This document shows, in pieces, positions 8,639 to 17,992 of a stretch of DNA of 64,000 nt. The position numbers and the translations under genes were made by a program. Origin of the DNA: an uncultured Spirochaetales bacterium. Its GTDB lineage: Bacteria; Spirochaetota; Spirochaetia; SZUA-6; CAVTHK01. Position 1 is the first letter of the stretch, and each line of letters starts with the position of its first letter. The stretch is from positions 42,849-106,848 of the forward strand of contig CAZKGO010000001.1 of NCBI GenBank assembly GCA_964552235.1, read 5' to 3'. Under the pieces are notes generated by a model. It was not told the origin of the DNA. It made no database searches and worked only from the letters and a program-made list of their open reading frames with translations.

Positions 8639-10611
8639 GGGCAGGCCGTCGGGTCGCGGCGCTGCTCGCCGCAGCCCTCGCCGCAGCGGGGGCAGCGGCG
8701 CAGGCGCCGCCCGCCGCCGAGGCCGTGCGCCTCTACGAGCAGGGCCTCTCGCGGCAGCTCGCCGAGGACTACACCGGCGCCATCGACAGCTATCACGCGT
8801 CGCTGCGCGCGAACCCCGCCTACGTCCTGCCGATGGTCGGGCTGGCGGAGAGCTTTCACGCCCTAGGCGAGCATGACGAGGCGCTGCAGTGGGTCGTGGA
8901 GGCGCGCAAGGGAGAGCGCAGGAGCCTCGAGCTGGCCGTGCTGGAGGCCCGCATCCGCGCCGCGGCCGGCGACCTGGCCGCGGCGAGAGCCTTGCTCGGG
9001 GGAGTGCTGGCCCAGGCGCCCGGCGACCCGCAGGCGCGGATCGCCCTGGCCCGTGTCGAGACCGCCGACGGCAACAGGCGCGAAGCCGTGCTGCAGCTCG
9101 AACAGGCGGTCGCCGCTGCGCCCGACAACCCCGAGGCGCTGCTGGAGCTCGCGCAGGCCTACGAAGCCGCGGGCCAGCGCGAACGGGCCGATTCCTATCT
9201 TCGCCGCGCCCTCGACCGCACCTCCGAGGACCCGCGCATCCACCTGGCGGCCGGCAGGTCCCTGCTCGCCCGTGGAGACCTCGCGGGCGCGCGCCGCAGC
9301 CTGGAGCGGGCGCTGGCGATCAGACCCGGCTACGCCGAGGCGCAGCTTGCCCTCGCCGAGACGCACCTCGCAGCCGGCCGGTTCCGCGAGGCGGCCGACG
9401 AGGCGAGAAAGGCCCTGGCGTCGGCCGACGAGCGCATCCGCAAGGCGGCCCGTTATCTCGGCGGTGTGGCGGCGGCGCGGCTGAACGACGCCGAAGGCGC
9501 GTTGCGCAGCCTGACCGAGGCCGTGCGGATCGCCCCGGACGACGAGGTCGCCCGCATCGCCGCCGAGAACCTCGCCCTGCGCCGCAGCCGCGAGACCGCG
9601 GCATTCCGCCGCGATCTGGCGGCCTGGCACTACCGCGAGGGCCGGCGCCTCGAGGAGCGGAACCTGCTGCCGATGGCCCTCCTGGAGCTGCGCCGCGCCC
9701 TGCGGCTCGACGACGAGCGCACCGACGCGCGCCTGGCCTACGCCGAGGTGCACCGGCTGCGCGGGTACCCGATCCGCGCGCTGAACGAGCTGCTGGTTCT
9801 GCGCGATCACTACGGCGTTCGCGAGCCTGCCGTCACCGACGCGATCGAAGAAGGCTGCAGCAGCCTTGCCGACACGGCGGCTGGACGCTGGCTCGAGCGG
9901 CTGGGCGTGCTCAAAGGCTGCGGCGCTGTCGCTGACCAGTACGGCCTGGCCCGCTCGCCCGCGGCCCTGGCCGTCTTCACCGTGGCCGGGTCCGGGGCCG
10001 AATTCCACTACGGCAGCGCGGCCGAGCTGGCGGAGTACGCCCGCGACCAGCTCCTGCGCTACGATCACCTGGAGCTCTCCGACTCGCCGCTGGTCGTCGC
10101 CAGCCTCGAAGAGGCCCATGCCGCGGCCCGCCGCGCGGGCAGCGACTACTACGTCGTGTTCACCTTCGACGAGCTGGAGCGCAGCCTCCGCGCCTCCGCC
10201 TCGTTCCACCTGAGCCGCACCGGCCGGCGGTTGACCGCCGTGACGCAGCTGCGCACGGGCAACAACCGGGTCCGCGACGCGGTGTCGCGCCTGACCGAGC
10301 AGGTGGCCGAGCTGGTTCCGATGCGGGGCGTGATCGTCGCCAGGGAGACCGACCGCGCCCTGGTGGACCTGGGCAGGGCGCACGGCCTGGCTGCGAACAC
10401 GCGGCTGCCGATCGTGCGCCGCGCAGGGCTGGGCACGCATAACTCCGAGGCGCGATGGACCTACCGGGACGAGGATGTGGTCGGCGAGCTCGAGGTGACC
10501 GGGGTAGACGAGAGAGTTGCCGAGGGCACGATCCGGCCCGGTTCGTTCTTCGACCTGGTGAATCCAGGCGATTTCGTTGTTTTTGCCCCGGAAAAGCCCG
10601 GCGCGAATTGA
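8635..10611 (+). CDS. Secreted TPR-repeat protein with an uncharacterised C-terminal domain
   Basis: Signal peptide (AALLAAALAAAGAAAQA) followed by many 34-aa TPR-like units (YEQGL..AI..Y..AL..NP). Its GTG overlaps the corC stop. Confidence 0.6.
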   Translation: MRAGRRVAALLAAALAAAGAAAQAPPAAEAVRLYEQGLSRQLAEDYTGAIDSYHASLRANPAYVLPMVGLAESFHALGEHDEALQWVVEARKGERRSLELAVLEARIRAAAGDLAAARALLGGVLAQAPGDPQARIALARVETADGNRREAVLQLEQAVAAAPDNPEALLELAQAYEAAGQRERADSYLRRALDRTSEDPRIHLAAGRSLLARGDLAGARRSLERALAIRPGYAEAQLALAETHLAAGRFREAADEARKALASADERIRKAARYLGGVAAARLNDAEGALRSLTEAVRIAPDDEVARIAAENLALRRSRETAAFRRDLAAWHYREGRRLEERNLLPMALLELRRALRLDDERTDARLAYAEVHRLRGYPIRALNELLVLRDHYGVREPAVTDAIEEGCSSLADTAAGRWLERLGVLKGCGAVADQYGLARSPAALAVFTVAGSGAEFHYGSAAELAEYARDQLLRYDHLELSDSPLVVASLEEAHAAARRAGSDYYVVFTFDELERSLRASASFHLSRTGRRLTAVTQLRTGNNRVRDAVSRLTEQVAELVPMRGVIVARETDRALVDLGRAHGLAANTRLPIVRRAGLGTHNSEARWTYRDEDVVGELEVTGVDERVAEGTIRPGSFFDLVNPGDFVVFAPEKPGAN

Positions 10612-10637
10612 CACACCGGCTGAATTCCGGCTATGAG
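10608..10637 (+). promoter_or_regulatory. sigma70-type promoter for pgk-tpiA-secG
   Basis: TTGACA (10608-10613), an 18-nt spacer, then TATGAG (10632-10637). A leader of about 45 nt carrying GAGGAGG precedes the pgk ATG. Confidence 0.55.
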
Positions 10638-10687
10638 AATCCCTACGGGCACGACCTGGGTCTGCTGCTCGCTCGAGGAGGCAGGGG

Positions 10688-11860
10688 ATGGCGAAAAAGA
10701 CCGTGCGGGATATCGACCTCAAGGGCAAGCGCGTCATCATGCGCGTTGACTTCAACGTTCCCGTCAAGGGCGGCAAGGTCACGGACGACACTCGCATCAC
10801 GGCGGCCCTGGAAACGGTGCGCTACATCCTGGCCCAGCCGGGCGCCTCTCTGGTCTGCATGAGCCATCTCGGCCGGCCCAAGGGACGCGACCCGCAGCAG
10901 AGCCTGGCGCCGGTGGCCGAGCGGTTCAGCGCCGTGCTGGGGCGCGAGGTCAAGATGGCGCCCGACTGCATCGGCGACGAGGTGATGGGCATGGCCAGGG
11001 CGCTGCAGGCCGGCGAAGTGCTGCTGCTCGAGAACCTGCGCTTCCACGCGGAGGAGGAGAAGAACGATCCCGCCTTCGCGAAGCAGCTGGCCGCGCTGGG
11101 GGACGTGTACGTCAACGACGCCTTCGGGACGGCCCATCGCGCTCATGCGTCGACCGAGGGGATCGCGCGCTATCTTCCGGCCGTCGCCGGCTTCCTCATG
11201 GAGAAAGAGATCAAGTTCCTCGGCGACGTCGTGGAGAACCCCGGGCATCCGTTCGTGGCCATCATCGGCGGCGCCAAGGTCTCGACCAAGATCGCGGTGC
11301 TCGAGCACCTGCTTCCCAAGGTCGACACCCTGGTGATCGGCGGCGCCATGGCCTACACCTTTCTCAAGGCTCAGGGCCGCAAGGTGGGCAAGTCGCTGGT
11401 CGAGGACGATTTCCTGGACACGGCCAAGAGCCTGCTGGCCAAGGCCGGAAAGGTGGAGATCATCCTGCCGGTCGATCACAAGGTCGGCGCCGAGTTCGCC
11501 GAGAGCGCCGCTGCGGTATACGTCGACGGCCTCGACATCCCCGAGGGCATGATCGGGATGGACATCGGGGGAAAGACGCTGGAGCGCATCAGCGCCAGGA
11601 TCTCGAGGGCCGCGACGGTGGTCTGGAACGGGCCGCTGGGCGTCAGCGAGTTCGCCGCGTTCGCCGAAGGCACCCGGGGCGTGGCCAAGGCCGTGGCGGC
11701 CTGCAAGGGCGTGACGATCGTGGGCGGCGGGGACTCGGTGGCGGCCGTCAACCAGTTCGGGCTCGCCGACAAGATGACTCATGTCTCCACCGGCGGCGGC
11801 GCGTCGCTGGAGTTCCTCGAGGGCAAGGTGCTGCCGGGCGTGGCCATCCTGCAGGGCTGA
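10688..11860 (+). CDS. pgk: Phosphoglycerate kinase
   Basis: RVDFNVP, HLGRPKG and the GGGDS..A region are present, at 390 aa full length. Confidence 0.97.
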   Translation: MAKKTVRDIDLKGKRVIMRVDFNVPVKGGKVTDDTRITAALETVRYILAQPGASLVCMSHLGRPKGRDPQQSLAPVAERFSAVLGREVKMAPDCIGDEVMGMARALQAGEVLLLENLRFHAEEEKNDPAFAKQLAALGDVYVNDAFGTAHRAHASTEGIARYLPAVAGFLMEKEIKFLGDVVENPGHPFVAIIGGAKVSTKIAVLEHLLPKVDTLVIGGAMAYTFLKAQGRKVGKSLVEDDFLDTAKSLLAKAGKVEIILPVDHKVGAEFAESAAAVYVDGLDIPEGMIGMDIGGKTLERISARISRAATVVWNGPLGVSEFAAFAEGTRGVAKAVAACKGVTIVGGGDSVAAVNQFGLADKMTHVSTGGGASLEFLEGKVLPGVAILQG

Positions 11861-11884
11861 GCCGACCGGGACAGGGAGAAGAAC

Positions 11885-12637
11885 TTGAGAACACCGTACA
11901 TTGCCGGCAACTGGAAGATGAACAAGCTCCTGGGCGAGGCCGAAGCGCTGGCCCGGGCGGTGGTCGAAGGATCGAGGGGCTGCAGCAACCGGATCATGAT
12001 CGCGCCGCCGTTCACGGCCCTGGAGCGCGTCGCGCGGATCGTCTCCGGCACGTCGGTCGTTCTGGGCGCTCAGAACATGGGCCCCGAGGCGTCGGGCGCC
12101 CACACCGGCGAGGTGTCGCCCGGCATGCTCAAGGACGTGGGCGTGCGCGTGGTGATCCTCGGCCACTCCGAGCGCCGCCACAGCTACGGCGAACAGGACG
12201 AGCTGATCAACCGCAAGGTCCGCCTCGGCCTCGAGCAGGGCCTGGAGGTGATCCTCTGCGTGGGCGAGACGCTCGAGGAGAGAGAGCGGGGCGTCACCGA
12301 GAAGGTGGTCGAGACCCAGGTGAGAGAGGGGCTCGCGGGAGTGACGGAAAAGGCGCTCGCCGGTGTTACCATTGCCTACGAGCCGGTGTGGGCCATCGGC
12401 ACGGGCAAGACCGCGACCCCGCAGGACGCGCAGGCGATCCATGCGCTCATCCGCCGGCTCGCCGCGAAGCTGTTCTCGGCCGCGGCGTCCGAGCGGTTGA
12501 TCATCCAGTACGGTGGATCGGTAAAACCGGACAACATCCGGGGCCTGATGGCCATGGAGGACATCGACGGCGCGCTCGTAGGCGGGGCGTCGCTGTCGGC
12601 TGAGAGCTTCCTGCCCATCGCCCGGGTTTCGCCATAG
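11885..12637 (+). CDS. tpiA: Triosephosphate isomerase
   Basis: IAGNWKMN, LGHSERR, AYEPVWAIGTG and YGGSV are present. The start is TTG. Confidence 0.95.
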   Translation: MRTPYIAGNWKMNKLLGEAEALARAVVEGSRGCSNRIMIAPPFTALERVARIVSGTSVVLGAQNMGPEASGAHTGEVSPGMLKDVGVRVVILGHSERRHSYGEQDELINRKVRLGLEQGLEVILCVGETLEERERGVTEKVVETQVREGLAGVTEKALAGVTIAYEPVWAIGTGKTATPQDAQAIHALIRRLAAKLFSAAASERLIIQYGGSVKPDNIRGLMAMEDIDGALVGGASLSAESFLPIARVSP

Positions 12638-12649
12638 AAAGGGGAGTCC

Positions 12650-13042
12650 ATGGTCATTGTTCTCACGATCGTCTTCGTGATCAGCGCGCTGCTGCTGGCG
12701 GCGCTGGTGCTGCTCCAGGACGAGCAGGGCGAAGGGATCGGCGGCATGTTCGGCGGCGGCAGCGGAACGCCCTTCGGGTCGCGGACCGGCAACATCCTCA
12801 CCCGGGCGACGGCGATCCTCGCGGCGATCTTCCTGCTGTCGGCCTTTGGAGTCGCCTGGTTGAACCGCAGCCCGTCGTCGGACGACGTCGAGGCCAGGGC
12901 CCGCGCGCGGCAGCTCGAGCAGGGGCAGCGCAGCGACTGGTACGCGCCGGAGGCTCCGGCGCAGCCCGCGGAGGCGCAATCGGCGGCACCGGCCCCCGCG
13001 ACTCAGGCCCCGCCTGCCGCGGCGCCCGGGACCGGCAACTGA
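12650..13042 (+). CDS. secG: Preprotein translocase subunit SecG with a Pro/Ala-rich C-terminal tail
   Basis: Two TM helices flank LLQDEQGEGIGGMFGGGSGTPFG. The position after tpiA is canonical. Confidence 0.8.
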   Translation: MVIVLTIVFVISALLLAALVLLQDEQGEGIGGMFGGGSGTPFGSRTGNILTRATAILAAIFLLSAFGVAWLNRSPSSDDVEARARARQLEQGQRSDWYAPEAPAQPAEAQSAAPAPATQAPPAAAPGTGN

Positions 13043-13086
13043 AGCGGACCGCGCCCATCGGCGGGCGCTCTTGCGAGAGGTGAGTG

Positions 13087-13512
13087 ATGCGTGTAGGCGT
13101 GGTTTTCATCGCTGAGAAGAGCCGGGACAAGCTCATGAACCTCGCCAAGGCGCTGGCGCGGGGTGTGGAATCGCAGGGCCACCACGCCGACGTGATGGAC
13201 GGAAGCCGCGACCTGACCACCAAGCTCACGATCTACAACTACGTCGCGGTAGGCACCGAACCGATATCGTTGTTCGGAGGCAAGATCCCTGACCGCGTGG
13301 CCCAGTTCCTGTCCTCGGCCGGCATGGTGTCGGGCAAACGCTGCTTCGCCTTCGTGCCTAAGAAGGCCTTCGGCTCCACCCGCGCGCTCTTCAGATTGAT
13401 GCAGGCCATGGAAAAGGAAGGTATGTTCCTGAAGAGCTCCGAGATCCTGCAGTCCGAGGTCGAGGCCGAAGAGATCGGCAAGCGCCTCAAGCTCCAGCAT
13501 CCGGGCGGGTAG
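13087..13512 (+). CDS. Hypothetical protein, flavodoxin-like fold suspected
   Basis: Coding-like 141-aa ORF with ATG after GAGAGGTGA. The alternating beta-alpha pattern (RVGVVFIA...NYVAVGTE...CFAFV) suggests the fold; I recognise no catalytic motif. Confidence 0.45.
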   Translation: MRVGVVFIAEKSRDKLMNLAKALARGVESQGHHADVMDGSRDLTTKLTIYNYVAVGTEPISLFGGKIPDRVAQFLSSAGMVSGKRCFAFVPKKAFGSTRALFRLMQAMEKEGMFLKSSEILQSEVEAEEIGKRLKLQHPGG

Positions 13513-13542
13513 AGCGGCGTCTGCCGCCGGCGGGCCCGCCTG

Positions 13543-14334
13543 CTATTCCTTCCAGGGAAAGATCATTCCGCGCAGGGTGCGCTTCCCGACCCTTTCCTTG
13601 TCCTCGACAAGCAGTGCATCCCACGGGATCTTCTTCCTGTCGGCGCCGGGGTTGGCCTCCACCCAGTCGTACTTGTACATCCGCAACTTGAGCCCTTCGT
13701 TGTGCCAGAGCAGAGCCGCGGCCAGACCCGGAAGCATGAAAGCCGTGAACCCGGACAGGACGACGATCGCGACGAACCCGATCGCCAGGCCGATCGAGAA
13801 CATCGTGTTGTCGAAGAACAGCAGGAAGATCTTGCGCATGTTCTTGCGGAAGTCGGTGTTGACCTGGGACTGCAGCGGGAAGAAATACTGGATCGCGAAC
13901 GCCCAGATGACCGCCACCCAGAACAGGAAGGCGAAGGCCACGGCTCCGACCCAGCGGGCCGGCATGCGCAGGTAGAACGGCATCGCCACAGTCAGGAAAA
14001 AGCCGACGGCGGCGTTGACCAGGGCGAACAGAAGGCTCGGCAGCCAGGTCGCCCGCAGGTGCTGGAGGAAATCGCGGAAACCAGGCTCCTGGTAGTCGGC
14101 TATGGCGCGGCACATGTGGCTTGCTGCGCCCGTGTAGACCGACAGGATCGCAAGCGGGATCAGGATCGCGAGGCCCACCGCGACCGGGCCGGGCAGAAAG
14201 GCAAGATAGCTGAGACCGGAGGGAACGAGGACAGCCAGACCCACGACCGCGATGTAGCCGAGATTCATCAGGATGACCCGGAAGAGGTTGTCCCATAGAT
14301 CGAAAAAGGTCTTCTTGATCAGAAAGGAAAACAT
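13543..14334 (-). CDS. DUF624 (YesL-like) integral membrane protein, probably leaderless
   Basis: MFSFLIKKTFFDLWDNLFRVILMNLGYI plus about 6 TM helices. The listed TTG start at 14370 is the -35 hexamer of its own promoter. The ATG at 14334 lies 6 nt after the -10. Confidence 0.7.
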   Translation of the reverse strand: MFSFLIKKTFFDLWDNLFRVILMNLGYIAVVGLAVLVPSGLSYLAFLPGPVAVGLAILIPLAILSVYTGAASHMCRAIADYQEPGFRDFLQHLRATWLPSLLFALVNAAVGFFLTVAMPFYLRMPARWVGAVAFAFLFWVAVIWAFAIQYFFPLQSQVNTDFRKNMRKIFLLFFDNTMFSIGLAIGFVAIVVLSGFTAFMLPGLAAALLWHNEGLKLRMYKYDWVEANPGADRKKIPWDALLVEDKERVGKRTLRGMIFPWKE

Positions 14335-14340
14335 GGCCCG

Positions 14341-14370
14341 ACTATACCACTCGGCCGGTCGCGGGTTCAA
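14341..14370 (-). promoter_or_regulatory. sigma70-type promoter, leaderless configuration (DUF624 gene)
   Basis: On the minus strand: TTGAAC (14370-14365), an 18-nt spacer, TATAGT (14346-14341), CGGGCC, then ATG (14334). Confidence 0.6.
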
Positions 14371-14491
14371 GCTCGCAAGTGCCTATTTCGATCACGCTAG
14401 TAGCGAATAATGAATGAGGCTAGGAGGTGATACGATTTTGTCTAGTCTCGACAAAAATATGGCTAAGCAACTGCCAAATCAGGGTTGACAG

Positions 14492-14520
14492 TTGATTTCG
14501 AGCCTCGAATCGGATATGAT
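14492..14520 (+). promoter_or_regulatory. sigma70-type promoter for the J-domain gene
   Basis: TTGATT (14492-14497), a 17-nt spacer, then TATGAT (14515-14520). A perfect TTGACA sits 7 nt further upstream (14485-14490). It lies in an AT-rich 167-bp divergent intergenic region. Confidence 0.5.
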
Positions 14521-14537
14521 GTGCCGGCACAGCTTTC

Positions 14538-15359
14538 TTGGGTGAGGGCGCTTTGACCGACTATTACCAGGTGCTCGGGGTCGCTCCCAGTTCTTCTGCG
14601 GCAGAGGTCAAGAGAGCATTCCGCAGGCGCGCCAAGGAGGTGCATCCCGATCTCAGCGCTGCGGTGGATGGCGCCGAGGAGATGAAGCTCCTGATCCGAG
14701 CGTACGAGGTTCTGAGCGATCCGGAAAGCCGTGCGGAGTACGACAAGAGGCTGGAGGTCTTTCACAGGCAGACGGCGCTGCGGTTCGACTACCGGACGTT
14801 TCTCGAGAAGCGGAGGCACGATATGGCGAGCCAGTCGCGCCTCGTGCTCTATGACCTGCTTCACGATCGCGACGAGGAGGCCGTGCGCCTGTACCGGGCC
14901 CTCCGGGTGACGGCCGGGTTCCGGCTCGACCACTACCTGAACTGGGGGGACTACATGGACTGCATGTTCCTCCTGGCCGAGCAGTTCGAGCGGCGGGGCG
15001 AGTATCTGCTCGCCTTCGAGCTGTTCAAGCAGCTGTACGTGGACGAGATCCGCAAGCCCTACTTCAGGCACTTCATCGACGAGGTGCTGGAGAGGATCAA
15101 GACCCTGGCCTGCTTCCGCATGGTGCGCAAGATACCGCCCCAGGTGAACATCGCCTGCCTCAAGCAGCTGCTCGCCTTCGACTTGCCGCGAAAGGACAAG
15201 GCGTTCTTCTACAAGAAGATCGCCGAGATCTACATGACGGCCGGACGCAGGGACCTGGCCGCCGAGGCGCTGCGTCGGGGCCTGGAAATGGACGTCAAGC
15301 TCCCCGGGATCAAGAAGCTCAGGGAGCGGATCGGCATGCCCGAATACTCCGTCTCCTGA
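14538..15359 (+). CDS. J-domain (DnaJ-like) protein with a helical C-terminal region
   Basis: The J-domain motif DYYQVLGVAPSSSAAEVKRAFRRRAKEVHPD is present. There is no Gly/Phe or Zn-finger region. The start is TTG at 14538 or 14553. Confidence 0.8.
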   Translation: MGEGALTDYYQVLGVAPSSSAAEVKRAFRRRAKEVHPDLSAAVDGAEEMKLLIRAYEVLSDPESRAEYDKRLEVFHRQTALRFDYRTFLEKRRHDMASQSRLVLYDLLHDRDEEAVRLYRALRVTAGFRLDHYLNWGDYMDCMFLLAEQFERRGEYLLAFELFKQLYVDEIRKPYFRHFIDEVLERIKTLACFRMVRKIPPQVNIACLKQLLAFDLPRKDKAFFYKKIAEIYMTAGRRDLAAEALRRGLEMDVKLPGIKKLRERIGMPEYSVS

Positions 15360-15406
15360 TGATACACTGAGAGTATCGGCAGGACCCTTTTCGAGGAAGT
15401 GGGACA

Positions 15407-16456
15407 GTGAAGCGACTATCAGTCCTGGGAGCGCTCCTCGCGCTCGCCGCGGCGCTGGCCAGCGCCCAGATCGACCCGACCGTGGCTCGCGTCAAGCTGA
15501 CCAAGGTCGAGGTGATCACGCAGAAGCAGTTCCGGCAGATGGTGGAGAAGCTCGAGGAGGGCCTCAAGCAGCCGCTGTCGCGCGAACAGCGCCTGCAGTA
15601 TCTCGACGCTCTCGTCGACGAGAAGGTGCTGCTGCAGGCGGCCGAGAGGGAACGGGTGCGGGCGACCTCGGCCGAGGTCGAGCGCACCGTGGAGATGTAC
15701 AAGCAGGAGTTCGCCAGGCAGCTCGGCCGCAGCCGGCCGCTCTCCGATTCGGAGATCAGGGAGCTGATGAAGCAGCAGGGCACGTCGTACGAGCGGTTCG
15801 TCGAGCAGATCACCAATAAGATCACCGTGGAGAAGCTCGTGGCCAAGGAGCAGAAACCGCTGCTCGACAGCGTCAAGGAGCCGAGCGACGAGGACATCCG
15901 CGACTACTACAGCAGCAACCGCACGCGCTTCGTTTCGCCCGAAATGGTGCGCTTCAAGCAGATTCTGCTGCTGACCACGGGGCTGCCGCCCGCGGACGCC
16001 GATCGCGCCAGGGCCCGGGCCGAGGAGATCTACCGGGCCATCCAGGCGGGCACCCCGTTCGACAAGTTCCAGGAGGTGTTCCTCGACGGCTCGACGGCCC
16101 GGATCGGCGGCCTGAACTTCGACGTGTGGCGCCGCGACGACGAGAAGAAGCGGGTCACCTACGGCAGGACCTTTTTTGACGCCCTGTTCGATGCCAAGGG
16201 AGGGCAGGTGATCGGCGTGCTGCAGTCCAACGCCGGCTATCACATCGTCGAGATCATCGAGCAGATCCCCTTTGCCGTTCTCGGCCTCGAGGATCGGATT
16301 CCGCCCCAGAACGCTGCGACCGTGAGGGATCAGATCACGACCCTGCTGCGCCAGTCGAGGCGGATGGAAGTGGTCAAACAGGCGACCGAGGAGCTGACGA
16401 AAAAGCTGCGCGCCGAAGCCGAGATCAGGATCGACGAGAGCCTCCTCGCCTGGTGA
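15407..16456 (+). CDS. SurA/PrsA-like periplasmic chaperone with a parvulin-type PPIase domain
   Basis: Signal peptide, SurA-N-like helical region, then a rotamase-like block (VRFKQILL...SNAGYHIVEI). Confidence 0.75.
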   Translation: MKRLSVLGALLALAAALASAQIDPTVARVKLTKVEVITQKQFRQMVEKLEEGLKQPLSREQRLQYLDALVDEKVLLQAAERERVRATSAEVERTVEMYKQEFARQLGRSRPLSDSEIRELMKQQGTSYERFVEQITNKITVEKLVAKEQKPLLDSVKEPSDEDIRDYYSSNRTRFVSPEMVRFKQILLLTTGLPPADADRARARAEEIYRAIQAGTPFDKFQEVFLDGSTARIGGLNFDVWRRDDEKKRVTYGRTFFDALFDAKGGQVIGVLQSNAGYHIVEIIEQIPFAVLGLEDRIPPQNAATVRDQITTLLRQSRRMEVVKQATEELTKKLRAEAEIRIDESLLAW

Positions 16457-16457
16457 T

Positions 16458-16943
16458 ATGGGCGTCCGCAGGGCAGGCCGGATCATCGCCTTCCAGACCC
16501 TCTACCGCTATGACGTCACCCACGAAGCGGTGCCCGACCTGCTGGACTTCTCGTGGCTCGACGACCCGCAGCGGGTGTCTGCCGAGACCCTGGATTTCGC
16601 CCGGCTGCTTATCGCAGGCACCGTGGAGAGGATCGCCGAAGTGGACGCGGCGATCCGCCGCCAGCTCGAGCACTGGGACTTCAGCCGCCTGTCGCGCGTG
16701 GATCTCGCGGTCCTGCGGGTCGGAGTCTACTCGCTGTTGTTCCTGCCCGACGTTCCCGCCTCCGTGACGATCGACGAAGCGATCGACATCGCGAGGGAGT
16801 TCGGCACCGACGACTCCTACCGCTTCGTCAACGGGGTCCTCGACGGCATCCTCAAGCACCAGATCGGCGGCGCCTCGGGCGGCCCCGGTGCGCCGGCGCC
16901 CACCGGAAAACCCCCGCGGCCGGCCCGGCCCTGCGAACCTTGA
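16458..16943 (+). CDS. nusB: Transcription antitermination factor NusB
   Basis: AFQTLYRYD, RLSRVDLAVLRVGVYSLL and IDEAIDIAREFGTDDSYRFVNGVLDGI are present. Confidence 0.9.
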   Translation: MGVRRAGRIIAFQTLYRYDVTHEAVPDLLDFSWLDDPQRVSAETLDFARLLIAGTVERIAEVDAAIRRQLEHWDFSRLSRVDLAVLRVGVYSLLFLPDVPASVTIDEAIDIAREFGTDDSYRFVNGVLDGILKHQIGGASGGPGAPAPTGKPPRPARPCEP

Positions 16944-16968
16944 ACAGCCGGGGCGGCGCCGGTATCAT
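16940..16968 (+). promoter_or_regulatory. sigma70-type promoter overlapping the nusB stop
   Basis: TTGAAC (16940-16945), a 17-nt spacer, then TATCAT (16963-16968). Confidence 0.5.
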
Positions 16969-17050
16969 GCCCTGGAGCGCCGAACGCCGCGATCAGGCCG
17001 AGCCCCCGCGGGGCCGGATCCCGCTTTCCGCCGCCGTCGAAGGAGCAGCC

Positions 17051-17197
17051 ATGGCCAGGGCCATCGAGAAGACCAATTGCACGATCGGCGACGACTCGGT
17101 CTTCGAAGGCCGCTTTGCCGTCAACGGCCCGATCAGGAACCTGCTCGGCGGCAGGCCCTCTGGACGCCGGGGCCCCGAGCGGACCGCGGGCGGCTGA
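17051..17197 (+). CDS. 48-aa bactofilin-like N-terminal fragment (possible gene remnant or small protein)
   Basis: ATG is preceded by GAAGGAG. TIGDDSVFEGRFAVNGPIRN resembles the first bactofilin turns of the intact copy at 48234 (ILAEDIDFEGVLSFSRPLMIKG). The remainder is Arg/Gly-rich and the ORF stops early. Confidence 0.35.
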   Translation: MARAIEKTNCTIGDDSVFEGRFAVNGPIRNLLGGRPSGRRGPERTAGG

Positions 17198-17206
17198 GAC
17201 TCCCCG

Positions 17207-17962
17207 ATGATCCGTCTCAAGAGCGCCGATGAGATCTCGCGGATCCGCGAGGCCGGCCTGATTCTCTCCGACACGATGCGCTCGATTGCCCGCATGGTGC
17301 GTGCCGGCGTGCAGACCGCGGAGCTCGACCGGGAGACCCGCCGCATGATCGAGGCTCGAGGCGCCCGCCCGTCGTTTCTCGGCTACATGAATTTCCCGGC
17401 CTCGGCCTGCATCTCGGTCAACGAGCAGGTGATCCACGGCATCCCCGGCCCCAGGCGCCTTGCCCCGGGGGACATCGTCAAGGTGGATCTCGGCGTCGAT
17501 CTGCACGGATTCTTCGCCGATGCGGCCTGGACGTTCGCCGTGGGAGAGATCTCGACGTCGCGGCAGCGGCTCATGCGGGTCACCCGCGAGTGCCTGGACA
17601 TCGCCGTAGCCACCGCGCGGCCCGGCGCCAGGGTCCACGAGATCGGGGCCGCCGTGCAGAGCCATGCGGAAAAGCACGGCTACGGCGTCGTGCGCCAGTT
17701 CTGCGGGCACGGGGTGGGATTCGCGCAGCACGAAGACCCGCAGGTGCCCAACTACGTCGGCCGCGGGCCCAATCCGCGCCTGAAGCCGGGGATGGTCATC
17801 GCCCTCGAGCCGATGATCAACGACGGCACGTGGGAGGTGGAGGTGCTCGGCGACGGCTGGACGGTCCGGACCCTCGACGGCAGCGACTCGGCTCACTACG
17901 AATACACCGTGGCGATCGTCAACGGAGGCGCCGAGGTGCTGACGCCGATCGGCGACCTGTGA
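17207..17962 (+). CDS. map: Methionine aminopeptidase, type I
   Basis: Typical MAP sequence with the metal ligands D..D..H..E..E (VKVDLGV, GHGVG, ALEPM, YEYTV), at 251 aa. Confidence 0.95.
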   Translation: MIRLKSADEISRIREAGLILSDTMRSIARMVRAGVQTAELDRETRRMIEARGARPSFLGYMNFPASACISVNEQVIHGIPGPRRLAPGDIVKVDLGVDLHGFFADAAWTFAVGEISTSRQRLMRVTRECLDIAVATARPGARVHEIGAAVQSHAEKHGYGVVRQFCGHGVGFAQHEDPQVPNYVGRGPNPRLKPGMVIALEPMINDGTWEVEVLGDGWTVRTLDGSDSAHYEYTVAIVNGGAEVLTPIGDL

Positions 17963-17992
17963 GTATATTCTGGGAGAAGGAACAGCACAGAC

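Noticed and set aside
5614-12979. Long minus-strand ORFs 5614-7422, 8863-10800 and 10643-12979
   Set aside because: They lie antisense to pgpH, the TPR gene and pgk/tpiA/secG. They have low-complexity Arg/Gly-rich products and no motifs.
14371-14484. AT-rich intergenic stretch with AGGAGGTGA, a 5-bp inverted repeat (TTGTC-N7-GACAA) and 9-22-codon mini-ORFs
   Set aside because: SD-to-start spacings are poor for every mini-ORF and the palindrome is too short to call an operator. It is probably just divergent promoter DNA. The CACCTCCT on the minus strand resembling the 16S 3' end is most likely coincidence.
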